A stretch of 64,000 bases of DNA from Lepidodermella squamata (Eukaryota; Animalia; Gastrotricha), in NCBI GenBank assembly GCA_047495785.1, contig JBLDXI010000001.1, positions 4,402,001 to 4,466,000 on the forward strand, written 5' to 3'. The notes under the pieces are model-generated. The model worked only from the letters and a program-made list of their open reading frames with translations. It ran no database searches and was not told where the DNA came from. The position numbers and the translations under genes were made by a program. Below, one piece after another: positions 34,559 through 48,150 of the stretch (the first letter of the stretch is position 1; every line of letters starts with the position of its first letter).

Positions 34559-37491
34559 TCACAGGAACATAGTGTTCGATCGACTGATGTTCGCTTCACT
34601 CGTGTGGTCCAACTGCGGAACGTCCTCATTGCCGATGGTGAATGTCGAAAATAATTGCTTCGCCCTAAGAACATTTAAAAATTAATCATAATATTCATTT
34701 CGGTTTTTCAATAATCAAAAAATTTCAAATTTTTAAAACAAATCAATTCAAAATTTTAATGTGATTAAATGTGATTTAATGTGATTAAATTAAATGTGAT
34801 TAAAAATTTCATTTCAAAAATTTTGAGACTGAAATTTCTTAGCCGGTAATTTGTTATCCAAAGCCCAAATTAGTGCAATATTTTTCGGATTTTTTTCGAT
34901 ATTTTTTAAAAATGAAATGGGAAATTACGATTTGTTGCGAGGTCGAGCTGCGATGTCGCCGTCGATGCATCGCTGCCAATCGCGGCTGTCGTGGACGCGG
35001 AAGTCTTTCGATCCCGGCCTTAGAATTTCGTCAATGTCGTCTGTTGTTGCTTGCCTCAAGGCCGGAGTCGCGCACACCATCAAGGCGTGCTCCTCACTTG
35101 TCCTCTGCTTAGCCGCTGACATTGTATGATCCTAAACAATGAACAAATCAATAACAAAATTAGGCGATTAAAATAGCGAAATTCGCAATGTATATGTGCG
35201 GTTATAAGAAGATCTGTAAAATTGAACTAGGCAATCCAAAAATTTAGAATTTATTTCGGCCTCATCCTTTCATACTAATCTTTGAGCTCATTGCGAAATG
35301 GACTTCTGATTTTCTGACCCAAGGCGTAGTTAAAAATGTCAACTTCCAAAATATATTCCAGGACTATATTCGAATCATCCAATTGCAGCTTTCAAGAAAG
35401 GAGTGAAAAGGTAAAATAGTCGAGAAATGCCGCAAAATATATGGGGAATTTTGGAAATTTTCGATTTTCAAACCTCGTATCGAATTACCATTCCAATTGG
35501 TTTTCTCGGGTTTTCTTCGCTGAATTTTGATCAACTTCAGTAAAATTCCGTGAGAAAGGAAGCACAAAATTTTTCTAGCCCTAATTTTAGTAAAAAAATA
35601 AGCAATTTCTCTGCAACATGTTATATACAATTTTCCAAATTAGTTGTGCAAGTTATGAGTATAAGCAATTTCAAGGTCAACCAAACGCGCCTAGATTTTC
35701 TATAATGCCAATTTTAAAAGCTATTGACGATAAATTATACCCTAATTTCCTACAATAATTATAAGAATTATTTCTGATTTTTTTAGGCTAATTTCGCATA
35801 GAATTAATTACCTTGAGAGCGAGGCGATCACGTGCCGGGGCCGTGGCGAGGCGTGTCACAGCACCTGGCAGCCGCACGTGCCCGCAGTAGTGCGCCGGCA
35901 GTTCGATGTCGAGGAAAACGTTGCCCTTACTGGCGTTGCAATGCCGCACGAATTCATCACCGGTGAGTTTGCGCATTTTATGCTGTTCGTCAAACCACGC
36001 CGCCGACGTCTTGCGCAGCAGCCGCTCCGTCATCGGCGCGTAGATTTGCGTGTGCCAGCGGCGGTAGCCGAGCTCGCGCCGCCGCAGCGTCTCCATCTCC
36101 TTGCGCCATATCTCGACGTTGACCTCCTGGCCGAGGTGGTTGCGGATCTCGATGAGCGACTCGCAGTCGTTGAGCAGTGCCGCGCCTTGCCGGTCGCTGC
36201 GCCGCGCCTGGTCGCGTAACAAAGTTGCATCCATCATTTTTAGGCGATTTTATCGTAATAAATTAAACCGTAAAACAAAAGTGTCTACGACGAAAATTAA
36301 AGGGTGAAGCCAACTTATAAAACGAATTAAGCTATTTAGGTGAGAATAACTGATTGGTTATAGTGAACGATATATTTTTGATTTTCTAACCGAATAATCA
36401 AATCCGAATAACTTTGATAGGCCTAAAATAGTCTGTCAAAATTCAGTAGTTTCAATAAGTAGTCGTTAATCTTTAATAAAAATGTCCCTAGCAATAAACT
36501 GTCTACATAAAAACATCAACCCAATAAACCGAGGCCAGATCAATAACAAATTTATTTTAGCGAAAATCCTTAAATTTGAATTTTCCATGAGTTCTCAAAT
36601 TTCAAGGCCGAAAAATTTCATTCCGGCAGCAATAAAAGTTCAGATAATTAAAATTAAACAATTTTTCGATAATTAAGCGAACATTTTGATGCTAAACGAC
36701 AGTTGCGCAATTGTCATTGCGCAAATGGCGTCTGCAGCGCGTTTGAGCGTGTTTTTTCTAATTTATCAATTTTATGCAGGAAATCTATTGAAATTTAACC
36801 CACTGAGAAAACGCCAATCCCTCGACCGCGATTTTACCGCAGAAAATCCCGATGGTAACTGGTTCGACAATTTTCGGTACTTCACCCGGTTGGCCGAAAA
36901 TTCTCGGAATTTCTTTCGAATCCCATTGAATTTGTGAATCAAGTGACCAATGGAATTTGTAAATTTTAATGATTTTTCTGGCCCTAAGATGTGAATTGGA
37001 TTATAATATCTTTTAGCGGAGCCAAATTTAGGGGAACTTAACCAGCTTTACTTTAGCGGAGCCAAAGTCGAAATATGCCAAGAATCCAAATTTCAAGGTG
37101 ATTTGTTTAGAATTATTGTGGCTTGTGGCCGATCTTGATACCCAAGAAATATCCAAAAAGTGATTTTAGGCAACCAGCAAATCCATGGCAAATCTGGTTC
37201 CACTACAGCAAATTAGGTTCCGCTGACATTAAATTTGGTTCCGGTAAATGGAGGATCCGTATTCGATGGGTCAACATAAATTTTCTATGAAGATCGAAGA
37301 TCAACTGAACAACTATAAACTGAAATTAAAACTCAAACAGGTGAAAAAATGACAATGAAATAAATTTTTGCGGGATTAAAATTTTGAAACAAATTTCTAA
37401 TTACCAATCTCTCGACTTCGTTGTGCGAGATGCAGAAGGTTGTCGCGCGCTCGAAAACCGGCGTGTAAGTCGATTTCTGAGAATAGGACAT
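34559..37491 (-). CDS. FAM228-like protein, 4 exons, ~263 aa
   Basis: Exons 37491-37405, 36207-35812, 35131-34929, 34664-34559 join in frame (792 nt). 'LRRRELGYRRWHTQIYAPMTERL...DEFVRHCNASKGNVFLD...Y' resembles the FAM228 core as I recall it (LRRRELLHKRW...P...FL.H.N.KGN.F). The first and last exons are less certain. Confidence 0.7.
37010..37250. repeat. Degenerate inverted-repeat element; related copy at ~7985-8215
   Basis: TTTAGCGGAGCCAAA twice on the left; TGGTTCCAC, AGGTTCCGCT and TTTGGTTCCGG on the right. The same AGCGGAACCAAA ... TTTGGTTCCG pair occurs at ~7991 and ~8197. Confidence 0.5.
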
Positions 37492-37696
37492 ACTTCGAGC
37501 CAAGTTTTATCTAGACTCCATCGACCATATACAAGAAAAGCTAAACTGTATTTCGACCCCTAAACCTCTGCGTATATATAAAAGACTCCTCTTGTTTTCT
37601 AGGCGAAGGCGACGTGTTATTTTCTTATGCTGCACAGCGAGATGTGTTTGCATGCCGGCCTTATTCCTATAATTAAGTAAACACGTAGGTAAACCG

Positions 37697-37709
37697 GAAG
37701 CCTAGCAAC
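37697..37709 (-). promoter_or_regulatory. RFX X-box-like motif upstream of the FAM228-like gene
   Basis: GTTGCTAGGCTTC on the minus strand (strong GTTGCT half-site), ~205 nt upstream of the ATG. Confidence 0.45.
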
Positions 37710-38829
37710 AATCGACGCGAACATTAAATTGTTCGATATAATTATTTGCATTATTTAACGCGAGATCTAGCTTAAAAAAACAGCGATTTTCCTTATTCTA
37801 TTATTTCGCACCTTAAAGAAATTCTACAAGAAAGAAAACACACCGTTAGAAAAACGTGAAGACCGTCCATTTCCCTAAATGGGCGAAAAAAGTCAGAGTC
37901 ATTAATGCGGGGGTGATTTTTTGTGAAGCGATTTTTTTGTTGTTATTTTTCGCCACACGAGCGTTTTATGGCTAGCCAGCACCTATTCTACTGAAAAGGG
38001 AGCCCTTGGCGCCTAGGTGACGCGCTCAATGGGGGGTAATATGAGCATAGGGTGTTTACAAGTTTAGAAGCCATTCAACGCGTGCCAGTTCTCATTTTTT
38101 TTGCTCATCTTAATCGATTTATACCTGTAATTTTTTGTCACTTTATTTTTCAATGAATGATAAATACCTGAGGTCAAGCGTTCGCATCCCGCCGTCTGCG
38201 TTTTAATGGAAAAGTGGGTTCTTAATTACCTTTAATAGGTCATTTTTCAAATAATTTCTGGCTACAGCTAAACATTGAAAAATGGGGAATTTACCCGGTA
38301 AAACCCGAAAAAAACCGATAAGTAGTTCGGGTCGGGGTTTCTGTCCATTTTTTCGGTATTTTGACTAGTTCAGGGCCTGAACGTCCAGGGTTTAAAATTA
38401 TTTGTAGTGTTAAATGTGAATTGTACCGGCGAGACCCTGAAATTGCCTTATGTTACCCTGGATACTTTCGGTATATTTCGGGTTTTGCTGGCATTTTATG
38501 AACCTCTAATTCATGTTGAAAAAATTGTGGAATAACCGGCGGTAATTCTAGATGAAATTGTTTGCTCACAATCGGTAATTTCCATGGTCTTAACACACGG
38601 AACCCTTCGGAATTATAAAATATAATTTTATTCGGACGCATAAAAATAAATAAATTTTATAAAATAAACCTTTTCCAGCAACTACCACAGAGTAGGGTCA
38701 TTTTGCGAAATAATAGTTTCATCGGGATTTTTCTACCAACGGAAGAACGGTTCAAGCATTACAGAGAAGAAACTACATTCATATTGTGTGTATTGCGTCG
38801 TTAATTCGAGTCATTTCTTTCCAGTGTGA

Positions 38830-41800
38830 CTATTGAAGCTTGACTAAAGGCATGCCGTTTTGGCTTCGAACATTAGGTACGGTCTGCTCGCGGGAAAGAG
38901 CAGCCTCATCCTTCGAATGAGCCGGTGTGGCCTTAGGAATATGGAATGGCGGCATGATGTCGTCCAGGTAGTGCAGTTCCTCATTCGTGAATACGTAATC
39001 AAGGGCTTTACGAATGAACACCATGATCACAAGCTGCAAAAGAAACGAAAATTAACACCTGACCGGTAGCGAATTGTTATGCAGCCTTACCATGAGCGGG
39101 AAAAGCATAGAAACAGCTTCCACTTCCTTTAGACCCCACAGCATAGCGAATGATATGAGTTGGATGATGGTGAAGTAGTGGATGCGGGCCAGACGCACGT
39201 GTTTAAGGTACGGAAGGTCTGGTTGATACTTGGTTGGCATGAAGATGAGAAGAACGCGGTGGTAGATACCGCAGCCTCTCAGTACATTGCAGCCCATGTA
39301 CAAGAAACAGCCGTACAGAACAGGCATAGGAATCAACTGAAGAAAAGGACATTCAATGAAAATGGTCGAAAAACTGCAGATTTTCCAGAATTTAAGGCCA
39401 AAGACTAACTTTCGAACTTCAGGTGAGGCTTTATCAATTGAGAATAGGATTCCTTACCAGATCAAAGATTACCTAAACCTAGGTTACACTTTATGATAAG
39501 GAATCCTATGCTCAATCGATAGAGCCTCACTTGAAGTCCGTTTCAGGCCAAGAACCGATACGTTTTTTGAAAGTCGGTCTTTGATCCTTCGAGATCTGGC
39601 AGTCATTTACTTACCGCGAGAAGGTCTCTCATTAGGATTGACAGACCAATCAGCGTGAAAATGAGAGCTCCAGTAACGCGTTGTTCTCGCAATCCTAAGA
39701 ACTTGGGCTGCTCACCAGGAGCCGCAGATTCCGACTCCCTCTTCAAACTGTTCACATGGCCCAAAGCCAACACAGTAGCTGCTACGAGCCAAGTAATGCC
39801 GAACAGCGAGCAAATGACGATTTGGATGGTTACGATGAAGAGGTCGAGATGGTAGCCAAAAGCCTTCTTCAACTTGTGTTCCTTTCGGTTCACGATTACA
39901 GTTGTGATTTGATGGTCCATGAACAGCAGGATGCAGGCCAGGAGACCGAGAGGGAACGCGGCGCCGATACTCCAGATAGGATTGTCCTTCATGATGTTGA
40001 CCATCCATCCGCGGTCAGGATTTGTTGGCTGTGGAAACAAAGTTTCATCAATTCAAGATCCTGATCAAATTACTTACCCTGAATTCCTTAGGGACAATCA
40101 GCTTGGCGGTGGGAAGGCCGCAGAAGTAGTCGATAGCGACCATCGAAAAGACAGTGATCGAAACAGCGAAGTCCGAAACGTTGTAGCGAATGCGGCGGCC
40201 AAAGAATGACGAAGTGCGGAACTCCTTCAACGTAGTCGCAGCCAGGAAAGTTCCAATGAAGAGCAAGCACGAGAAGAAGAACACATCCGGAACCGGGACC
40301 TTCTTGCCACAGCCAGGTCCAAGACCCTCGCAATGCTCCCAACTGAAGCACTCATTCCGGTCAAGGCTATCGCATTGCGGGATGAAGTTGGCAGTGACGT
40401 TGGAGGCATTTTCCAGAATGCTGGTGATAGACGTAGTCGTGAACTTAGGAGTCCATCCTAAGGATGCTGTGCCATTGACGTGGCTCTTCGCAGCTTCATA
40501 CTCAATAAGCGAGTCATTCTTCCAAACACAGACGCAGGAGTAGTCATTTGGTGGACGGAAGTCGACCGGCGTTTGTTTGTAAATCTTGTAAATCGATTTG
40601 AATGATTCGTAGATGAAAATCGTAGCAATCAACGCGGCGAAGTTGTCTTCGGTGAAGCGAGTGATGAAACACACCATGAAGGAAAGGTCAAACATAACAA
40701 TGATGAGCATAAGGAAGGCCATCCAGCATCCGACCCAGAATCGGAACTCCAGGAAGGCTAAACCCCAAGATTTGCACAAATTGTACATCAGACGTTCGAA
40801 TACCAAGACAGGTCCAGTACTGCTGATGACGTTCAGCGGTTGGCCGGAGAATAAGTGGTACATGACTCCATTAATTGAGGCCGAAACAATGGTCTCAAAC
40901 GCAGCGATGTTATTTCCAGTTGATTCGCCCATCAAACCGCCGAATGACACCATTTGCGTTAGAATGATGAAGAACAGGAAGAGAACAGTTGCGATACATT
41001 GAACGGAGAAACCATCTTTAAAGTCGCTGAGGTAGAACGGGGCTTTGCGCTTGATGTCAGCTATCAGACCGCCGAAAATATGACCTGTGACTTGAAGACC
41101 TGGCGGGAGATGAACGTCGTACGGGTTGACCTTCGGTCGATCGAGGAGAGTCGATTCGACCTCAGTTTCCAGCTCAGCTTCGTAGTCAATCGCCTTCATG
41201 CGCGTTTCGACTTTACCGGTGGATTTAGGTGGTCCAAGACGGACTTCAGGGTCCCATTGACCCGGAGCTAAGACCGTCGCATGGTCGGCATAGTTCCTGA
41301 TCCCGGCCATAATGTCGGCTCTTGAATTCGCACCTCGAGCCACAGCTTGGAACACACTGTCCGAGAGGGCTGAAGCCAAAACTCGGCCGACCTCCTTCAG
41401 CAGGGGAATTCGTTGAAGAGGACCAAGAAGAACCGCCACAAATTTCAGAGGAACTTTGACCTCAGTGAGTTCCTCGAGGGGAAGCCCTGCGATGTCGTTA
41501 CTTTGACGAAGGAAGATGAAAAGCGGCTTTTCCAGAAAATCAACGGCTCCGACCATGATCGCAGCACCCTCGGCATCCTTCTCGAGCTTCCGAGCGAAGT
41601 GCTTATTAACCTGATGGGAAGTATTGTTAGAAAGTTTTCTAAGGTCGCAAAGTTAAACTAACTCGTTTGCCTTGGGAACGAATTTTGACCTCGCGGTTCG
41701 GCTCATTGCGGACACCTAGTTGATGAGTGCTGACATGGCCGCCCTTTTGGAAAACCTCTCCGGCGCCGCGATGAGCTTCGAAGAAATGGACGTGCTTAGC

Positions 41801-42313
41801 AGCGATCGTGGCAGCCAATTTACGGCTTTTTTCAGCGTCCAAGTGGCCATACTGCTGCGCAACCTCAGCAATAAGGCCTGATTTATAAAAAAATGCAATA
41901 TTTAGCAATGAAAATCTCAATTTTGATTCCAGGCTTACTCGCAAGATTTCCGATAGAGCTGAAATTGTTGTCGAAGAGGACAACCCCAGATGAAACCAAA
42001 TGCTGAAGGCAGCTCACAGCTTTGCCGTCAAAACTCGCGACATGAGGAGTCGACCAACGACCACCGTCCAAATCAGCGGCCTCTTCATACTTGACCCAGC
42101 TGAAAGATGAAAGAAGATTTATCATTGATTTCCGCAAAAGGTCTCGACTTACCGAGCTGTCTGGACCCAACGGCCGGCGAGAAGTTCCTGCAACTCGCAG
42201 AACATCTGCGGAACATCGTCAGTCGTCTCGAAGATCTCCTTCAGCCGCTCGGACCATCCGTGTTGCGGCTCGGGCGCTTCCTCATCGCCGCTATCGTCAG
42301 CGTCTCGAAACAT
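38830..42313 (-). CDS. SLC4 bicarbonate transporter, tandem copy B, 7 exons, ~977 aa
   Basis: Exons 42313-42153, 42099-41939, 41877-41663, 41610-40078, 40028-39615, 39336-39091, 39033-38830 join in frame (2934 nt). Motifs [62 protein letters not shown]. Confidence 0.93.
39394..39589. mobile_element. Palindromic MITE in SLC4-B intron 5
   Basis: Arms CGAACTTCAGGTGAGGCTTTATCAATTGAGAATAGGATTCCTTA and its near-reverse complement at ~39497-39540; outer AAGGCCAAAGACTAACTTTC / GAAAGTCGGTCTTTGATCCTT. The intron is 278 nt versus ~50 nt in paralogues C and D. Confidence 0.8.
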
Positions 42314-43948
42314 TCCTCCCTTCTAAGTCAAAACTATAATTTAACAGAACGGAAATTATTGCTAGTGTAAAAATAGTCGAAAATCGCGCGTCTGGCTTTA
42401 CATGGACCCAGGCCCCGTTAAGTAAAGTTGAACGCTCGGCTAAATTCGCAAGAGCAGTCGGTGTGAAATTGAGGCTAACTCCGCCGGTTTTTGCAAGTAA
42501 TGGCAAGTTATGTTAATAAAAAAACCAAGCCGGTTGCGGGCGCGGTCATGGTCAGGTGACTGTTGTTGGCCTTAGTGCAAGCAGCATTAAAATTCACGTT
42601 TTTCATCAGCTCGCTCACGGAAACTCGACTGCGGCGGCGGCGATTCTGGAAAATTCTCGTAGCCGCCGTCGAGTATTTTAGCAGTAGGCCGTGAAAATTT
42701 GTTGCGGAATCACGTGTGCACGTCTAACGCCGGTGCAGTAGAGCGCTGTCTCTTGGAAGCACGGCTTGATAGGCAGTGCACGCCATAAATGTGACGCAGG
42801 TCAGAAGCGTAAAAGGTAGCGGGGGGAATTGTGTTTTATTCATGTCAAAGGCCGTCTGTATTGCTATACATTGCGATGAAAGGCGGGACAGCAGACGTTA
42901 TTACATTGTGGTTATTACGTCACAGCCACGTGTTTTTTTGGTTTCGGTAAACTTGCCCCAGAAACTAGTTTCTTGCATTCAGAGGCTGTTCCACTCAAGA
43001 CTCTTAACTTGAGATTGTGCTGAAGCTAATGCCTCATTCTTTGACAAAATGAGGCCTGACAATAAGCTGGTTTTGTATTGGTGCTTATTTGTATTGTGCT
43101 CCCAACTCCTAATAAGTCAATCTGAAATCTCCCAATGACAACTCATTTCTCAAAGGTCTGGGAATCGGCAGAAGTAAAATCTGGCTGCAGCTCAACCGCG
43201 CCTTGGCTGATTTTTAGGGAAGCCGGTTTTTATTTTTCCTTATTACTCATCGTGACCCTTCTATAGCATTTTAGTGAAAGCAACCCTTTCTCAAAATGTT
43301 TCTCTATTATGATAATCCAAGTGATCTGTGTTTGCCCATCTTTTTTATAAGAATTCTAAGCCCCAAGAAGCTCTTTTAGGTGTCGGCTATAGCGCCATAT
43401 TACCTTAAATGCTGGAAGCAAAATTTTGGCTGTACAGATAGTAGATAGTCAGACCGAAAGTATCTTTCGAAAATGAGAAGCCGGTATTCCGATAGACCAT
43501 TTTTGTGGTTTACTTCCTCGACTATCGTAAGTCCTATTAAGACATCATAAATAATATTTCAAATAAATTTGTTACCATGACCACACAAAACACGGAAAAA
43601 AATGTACAATAATTTCGTCAAGAGTGTAGGCTATAAATATTCGTTAAAAGCAGTACTAAATGCTTATAACTGGCAGTTTCGCATCAGCTAAATAAATAGA
43701 ATCAACCGGAAAATATAGGGAATAAATTGATCAAAGTGTTCGAACAAAATTATCATCGGGATTGATTTTTTGTTTCTTGTTATTTTACCTTTTAAATCCG
43801 TATGAAGAGAAATAAATAAATGATAATTTATAATTGGAAGAGCAGTTCGATTAAAGAGGTCGATAACTCCGCATAGCCTTGGAGCTGTAAAATTGCAGGG
43901 CTATGGAGAACATCAAGTCAATGGTTTTTCCTTCTTCTAGTTGCTGTC

Positions 43949-46900
43949 TCAAGGGATAGTGACAAGACCACCGCCTGCTGTCTGCACATTGGGCATGGTT
44001 TTCTCTCTTGACAAGGTCGCAGCCGATTTCTCTGGTTGCGGAGTCTTCGGGATACGCGGTATGTGGAACGGCGGCATTATGTCGTCCAAATGATGCAGCT
44101 CTTCGTTCGTAAACACGTAATCCAGTCCTTTGCGGATGAAGACCATGACAACAAGCTGAAATAAATTTTGTAATGTTACGTTCACAAACTGCTTCGGAGA
44201 CGCGTCCGAAGTTTTAGCCTCCGAAGTTTCGTAATCGCTCTCCGAAGTTGCGTAATCGCTGACCGAAGTTTGAGATTTTCGTTCACAAACGCGCGCACTT
44301 CGGACTGCGCGCCCGAAGTGAGAACAATGGGCGGCGCGCGCGCACTGAACAATGGACGCGCACTAACTTCGGTTCGGAGAGCCCCACAACTGCTCTCCGA
44401 AGCGCCTCCGAACCGAAGTTTGTGCGTGTCCGAAGTTATTACGTACACACGCGCGCGCGGCCACTTGACCGCGCGAGGTAGGGCGACGACATAAATTAAC
44501 TGTTCCTGTGGCATCTTTAATTCGTATTATTGACGAAAATGACGTAAATTTCAAGTATATGAAATGCGCGCAGTAAAATCCTTGTTTTCACAAAAAAATG
44601 TCAATATAGAAATTATCGGGTGCCCTTAAAAATAGCTTATAGTGCGCGTTGAAAAATAAGCAATCTAATTTTTGATTTATTCGGAAAAAATGGTGAATTT
44701 CGCGTCGAAATTTAGCTTCTTGTTATCGTCGTCGCATTTCGCATCTTATTAATTAGGAATTTTGAGAATTCAAGTGAAAGTGAAAAAAAATTGTGTCTAC
44801 CCTGCGGCCCCTTCTCTAGTTTGAGCGCGCTTGCACTGGTGTGCGCGCACTCGAAATCTTCGGCCCGCAAACAATAGAAACTTCGGACGGCTCATGCCGC
44901 GCGCGCGCGGAAATTGCCACTGATAACGTCACCGAAGTTTCGCTTGAGTGTTCCGAAGTTTCAAGTTCGGTCTCCGAAGTCACCCTCTCCGAAGTTAGTT
45001 TGTGGACGCACCATAATACTTCTATTATTTCTAGTTTATACCAGCTTACCATGAGAGGGAACAACATAGAGACCGCATCGACTTCTTTTAAACCCCATAG
45101 CATAGCGAAGGCTGCAAGTTGGATGCAAGTGAATAGATGGATTCGTGGAAGACGGACGTGGTGCAGGTAGGGCAGGTCTGGCTGGTACTTGGCGGGCTGG
45201 AAGAAGAGCAAAACTCGTTGGTAGATGCCGCAGCCTTTAAGCACGTTACAGCCCATGTACAGGAAGCAACCGTAAAGAACAGGCATGGGTATGAACTGAA
45301 AACAAGAAGATTGAAATAATTATCCCAATAAGTCTTAAAGCATACGGCAAGAAGGTCACGGAGTAATATCGACAGGCCAATCAGCAAGAAGATGAGAATA
45401 CCAGTCACACGTTGCTCTCTATAAAAGGTACCTTATCAATGAGAAATGCGAGAAAGTTATCGAAAAATTTACCTTAATCCAAGGAACTTGGGTTGTTCAC
45501 CTGGCGCAGCAGATTCAGACTCTTGCCTCAAGCTATTGATGTGCCCTATAGCGAGCACGGTAGCGGCCACAAGCCATGTAATACCGAACAGCGAACAAAT
45601 CACGATTTGGATGCATACGATGAATAAATCGAGATGGTAGCCGAAACCCTTCTTCAACTTATGTTCCTTGCGGTTGACGATCACAGTCGTGATTTGATGG
45701 TCCATGAACAGGAGAATTGAGGCGAGAAGACCTGGTGGGAACGCGGCAAAAATACTCCAGACTGGATTGTCTTTGATAATATTAACCATCCATCCGCGGT
45801 CAGGATTTGTTGGCTGCAAAAAACGCCCAATTCTACGAATTCAATCAATTAAACCAAAATTTACCCTGAACTCTTTCGGAACAATCAGCTTAGCAGTCGG
45901 AATTCCGCATAGGTAGTCGAATGCTACCATTGAAAATACTGTGATCGAAACGGCGAAATCCGAAACGTTGCAGCGAAATCGTCGGGAAAAGAAGGACGAA
46001 ACTCGAAATTCCTTCAACGTCGTCGCAAGCAGAAAAGTTCCGATGAAGAGAAGGCAAGAGAAGAAGAAAACATCGGGGACTGGAAGTTCCTTTCCACATC
46101 CCGGGCCTAAACCCTCGCAATGATCCCAGTTGAAGCAAGATTTGCGGTCAAGGTCTTGACACATGGGGATGAATCCTTTAACCGCGCTTGATGTAGCATT
46201 TGTTGCGTTCTCAAGTAAACTTGACATTGTCGTAGTCGTGACCTTTGGAGTCCAGCCCAAAGAAGCGGTTCCATTGACGTGACTCTTCGCGGCTTCATAC
46301 TCGAGGAAGGTGCCATTCTTCCATACGCAAACACAGGAGTAATCGTTTGGCGGGCGGAAATCGACCGGCGATTGCTTGTAAAGCTTGTAAATCGATTTAA
46401 AGGATTCGAAGATGAAAATCGTTGCGATCAAAGCAGCAAAGTTGTCTTCGGTGAAGCGAGTGATGAAGCAGACCATAAAGGATAGGTCAAACATTACGAT
46501 GATCAACATGATCAGAGCCATCCACATTCCGACCCAAAAACGGAACTCCAAAAATTGGAGACCCCAAGATCTGAAAAATCAACATCCAGTTCTTAGTCTA
46601 AATTTATCGAACCAAAACTTACTTGCATAGATTGAAGAGTAGTCGCTCAAACACAAGGACGGGACCAGTACTGCTGATAACGTTCAAAGGCTGGCCAGAG
46701 AACATGTGATACATTACTCCGTTAATCGAGGCCGAAACAATCGTTTCAAACGCAGCAATGTTATTCCCAGTCGATTCGCCCATCAGGCCTCCGAATGATA
46801 CCATTTGAGTCAAGATAATGAAGAAAAGGAACATGACTGCCGCTAAGCATTGGACGGATAGACCATCCTTATAATCACTGAGGTAGAATGGAGCTTTTCG

Positions 46901-48150
46901 TTTGATATCCGCTATAAGACCACCGAAAACACGACCAGAGACTTGTAGACCAGGTGGGAGATGGACTCCGTAAGGGTTGATTTTAGGCTCATCTAGTAAA
47001 GCTGAAGCTTCCTCTGTATCCAGCTCCTTTTCGTAATCTATCGCCTTTTTCCTCTCATCTTGCTGTCCAGTTGACTTAGGCGGGCCTAGTCTGACTTTAG
47101 GATCCCATTGACCAGGAGCCAATATGGTTGCGTGATCCGTAAAATTACGAATTCCCAAGAGTAGATCAGCTTTCGAGTTCGATGTTCTCGCCACAGTTTG
47201 GAAAACGCTGTCAGATAAAGCCGCCGCGAGTACTCGGCCTACTTCACGCAGCAAGTTGACGCGTTGAAGAGGTCCCAGCAAGACCACGACGTATTTTACT
47301 GGGGTTTTAACCTCAGTTAATTCTTCGACTGGAACGCCTGGGATATCGTTGCTTTGGCGCAGGAACATGAAAAGAGGTTTATCGAGGAATTCGACTGCGC
47401 CAACTAGAATCGCAGCACCCTCGGCAGAATCCTCTAGTTTTCGAGCGAAATGCTTATTCACCTGAAAATTCAGCTTAATAAAGGCTTTCAATAGAAATTT
47501 CATCGCTAACCCTTTTCCCAGCTGGTCTGACCGAAACCTCGACGCTAGGCTCCTTCTTCACACCCAATTGATGACTAGAAACGTGTGGATCTATGGACGA
47601 AATTAGTCATGAATAAGATGGACACTGAATTCTTTACCCCTCTGAAAAGTCTCTTTAGCTCCTCGAATGGCTTCAAAGAAATGCACATGCTTCGACGTGA
47701 TAGTTAAATGTAGTTTTGCCTTATTATCGTTATTAAGATTAGCATGTTCAGCCCCAGCATTCGCAATAATCGCTGCATAAAAAAAATGGATGATCAATGA
47801 TTTCAGCATTTAGCTTCAAATAGAAATTTACTTGCTAGCGTGTTGATGTTTTGAAAATTGTTGTCGAAAAGCACGACGCCGTTCGTTAAGAGATGCTGCA
47901 GGCACGAAACAGCTTTACCGTCAAAACTGGCAACATGAGGGGTTGACCATCGACCGCCATCGATATCAGCAACCTCCTCGTACTTGACATATCTCGCAGT
48001 TTCTACCCATCGATTCGCAAGAAGTTCTTGCATCTCACAGAAAATCTGTGGAGGGTCTTCCGAGAGTTGAAGCAGTTCCCGAAGATGACGAGATGGCTCG
48101 TAACTGGACGCCTCTTCATCACCACTGTCGGCATCTGCGTTTTTAAACAT
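43949..48150 (-). CDS. SLC4 bicarbonate transporter, tandem copy C, 9 exons, ~981 aa
   Basis: Exons 48150-47832, 47772-47638, 47590-47511, 47461-46623, 46570-45865, 45813-45473, 45418-45346, 45295-45050, 44155-43949 join in frame (2946 nt). The start was chosen by homology with copy B ([13 protein letters not shown] vs [12 protein letters not shown]). Confidence 0.93.
44175..45012. mobile_element. Non-autonomous TIR element (~840 bp) in the last intron of SLC4-C
   Basis: Ends GTTACGTTCACAAACT and reverse-complement GGTGCGTCCACAAACT; dense subterminal CCGAAGT/ACTTCGG and GCGCGC repeats with an AT-rich core. The homologous introns in B and D are ~60 nt. Confidence 0.85.

Noticed and set aside
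34758-34805. (AATGTGATTA)n minisatellite
   Set aside because: Short AT-rich intronic tandem with no sign of function.
44182-45170. ORFs 44182-44514, 44270-44494 and 44841-45170, and a CRISPR-like appearance of CCGAAGT repeats
   Set aside because: They are subterminal repeats of a TIR element in a eukaryotic intron: irregular spacing, no unique spacers, no cas genes.
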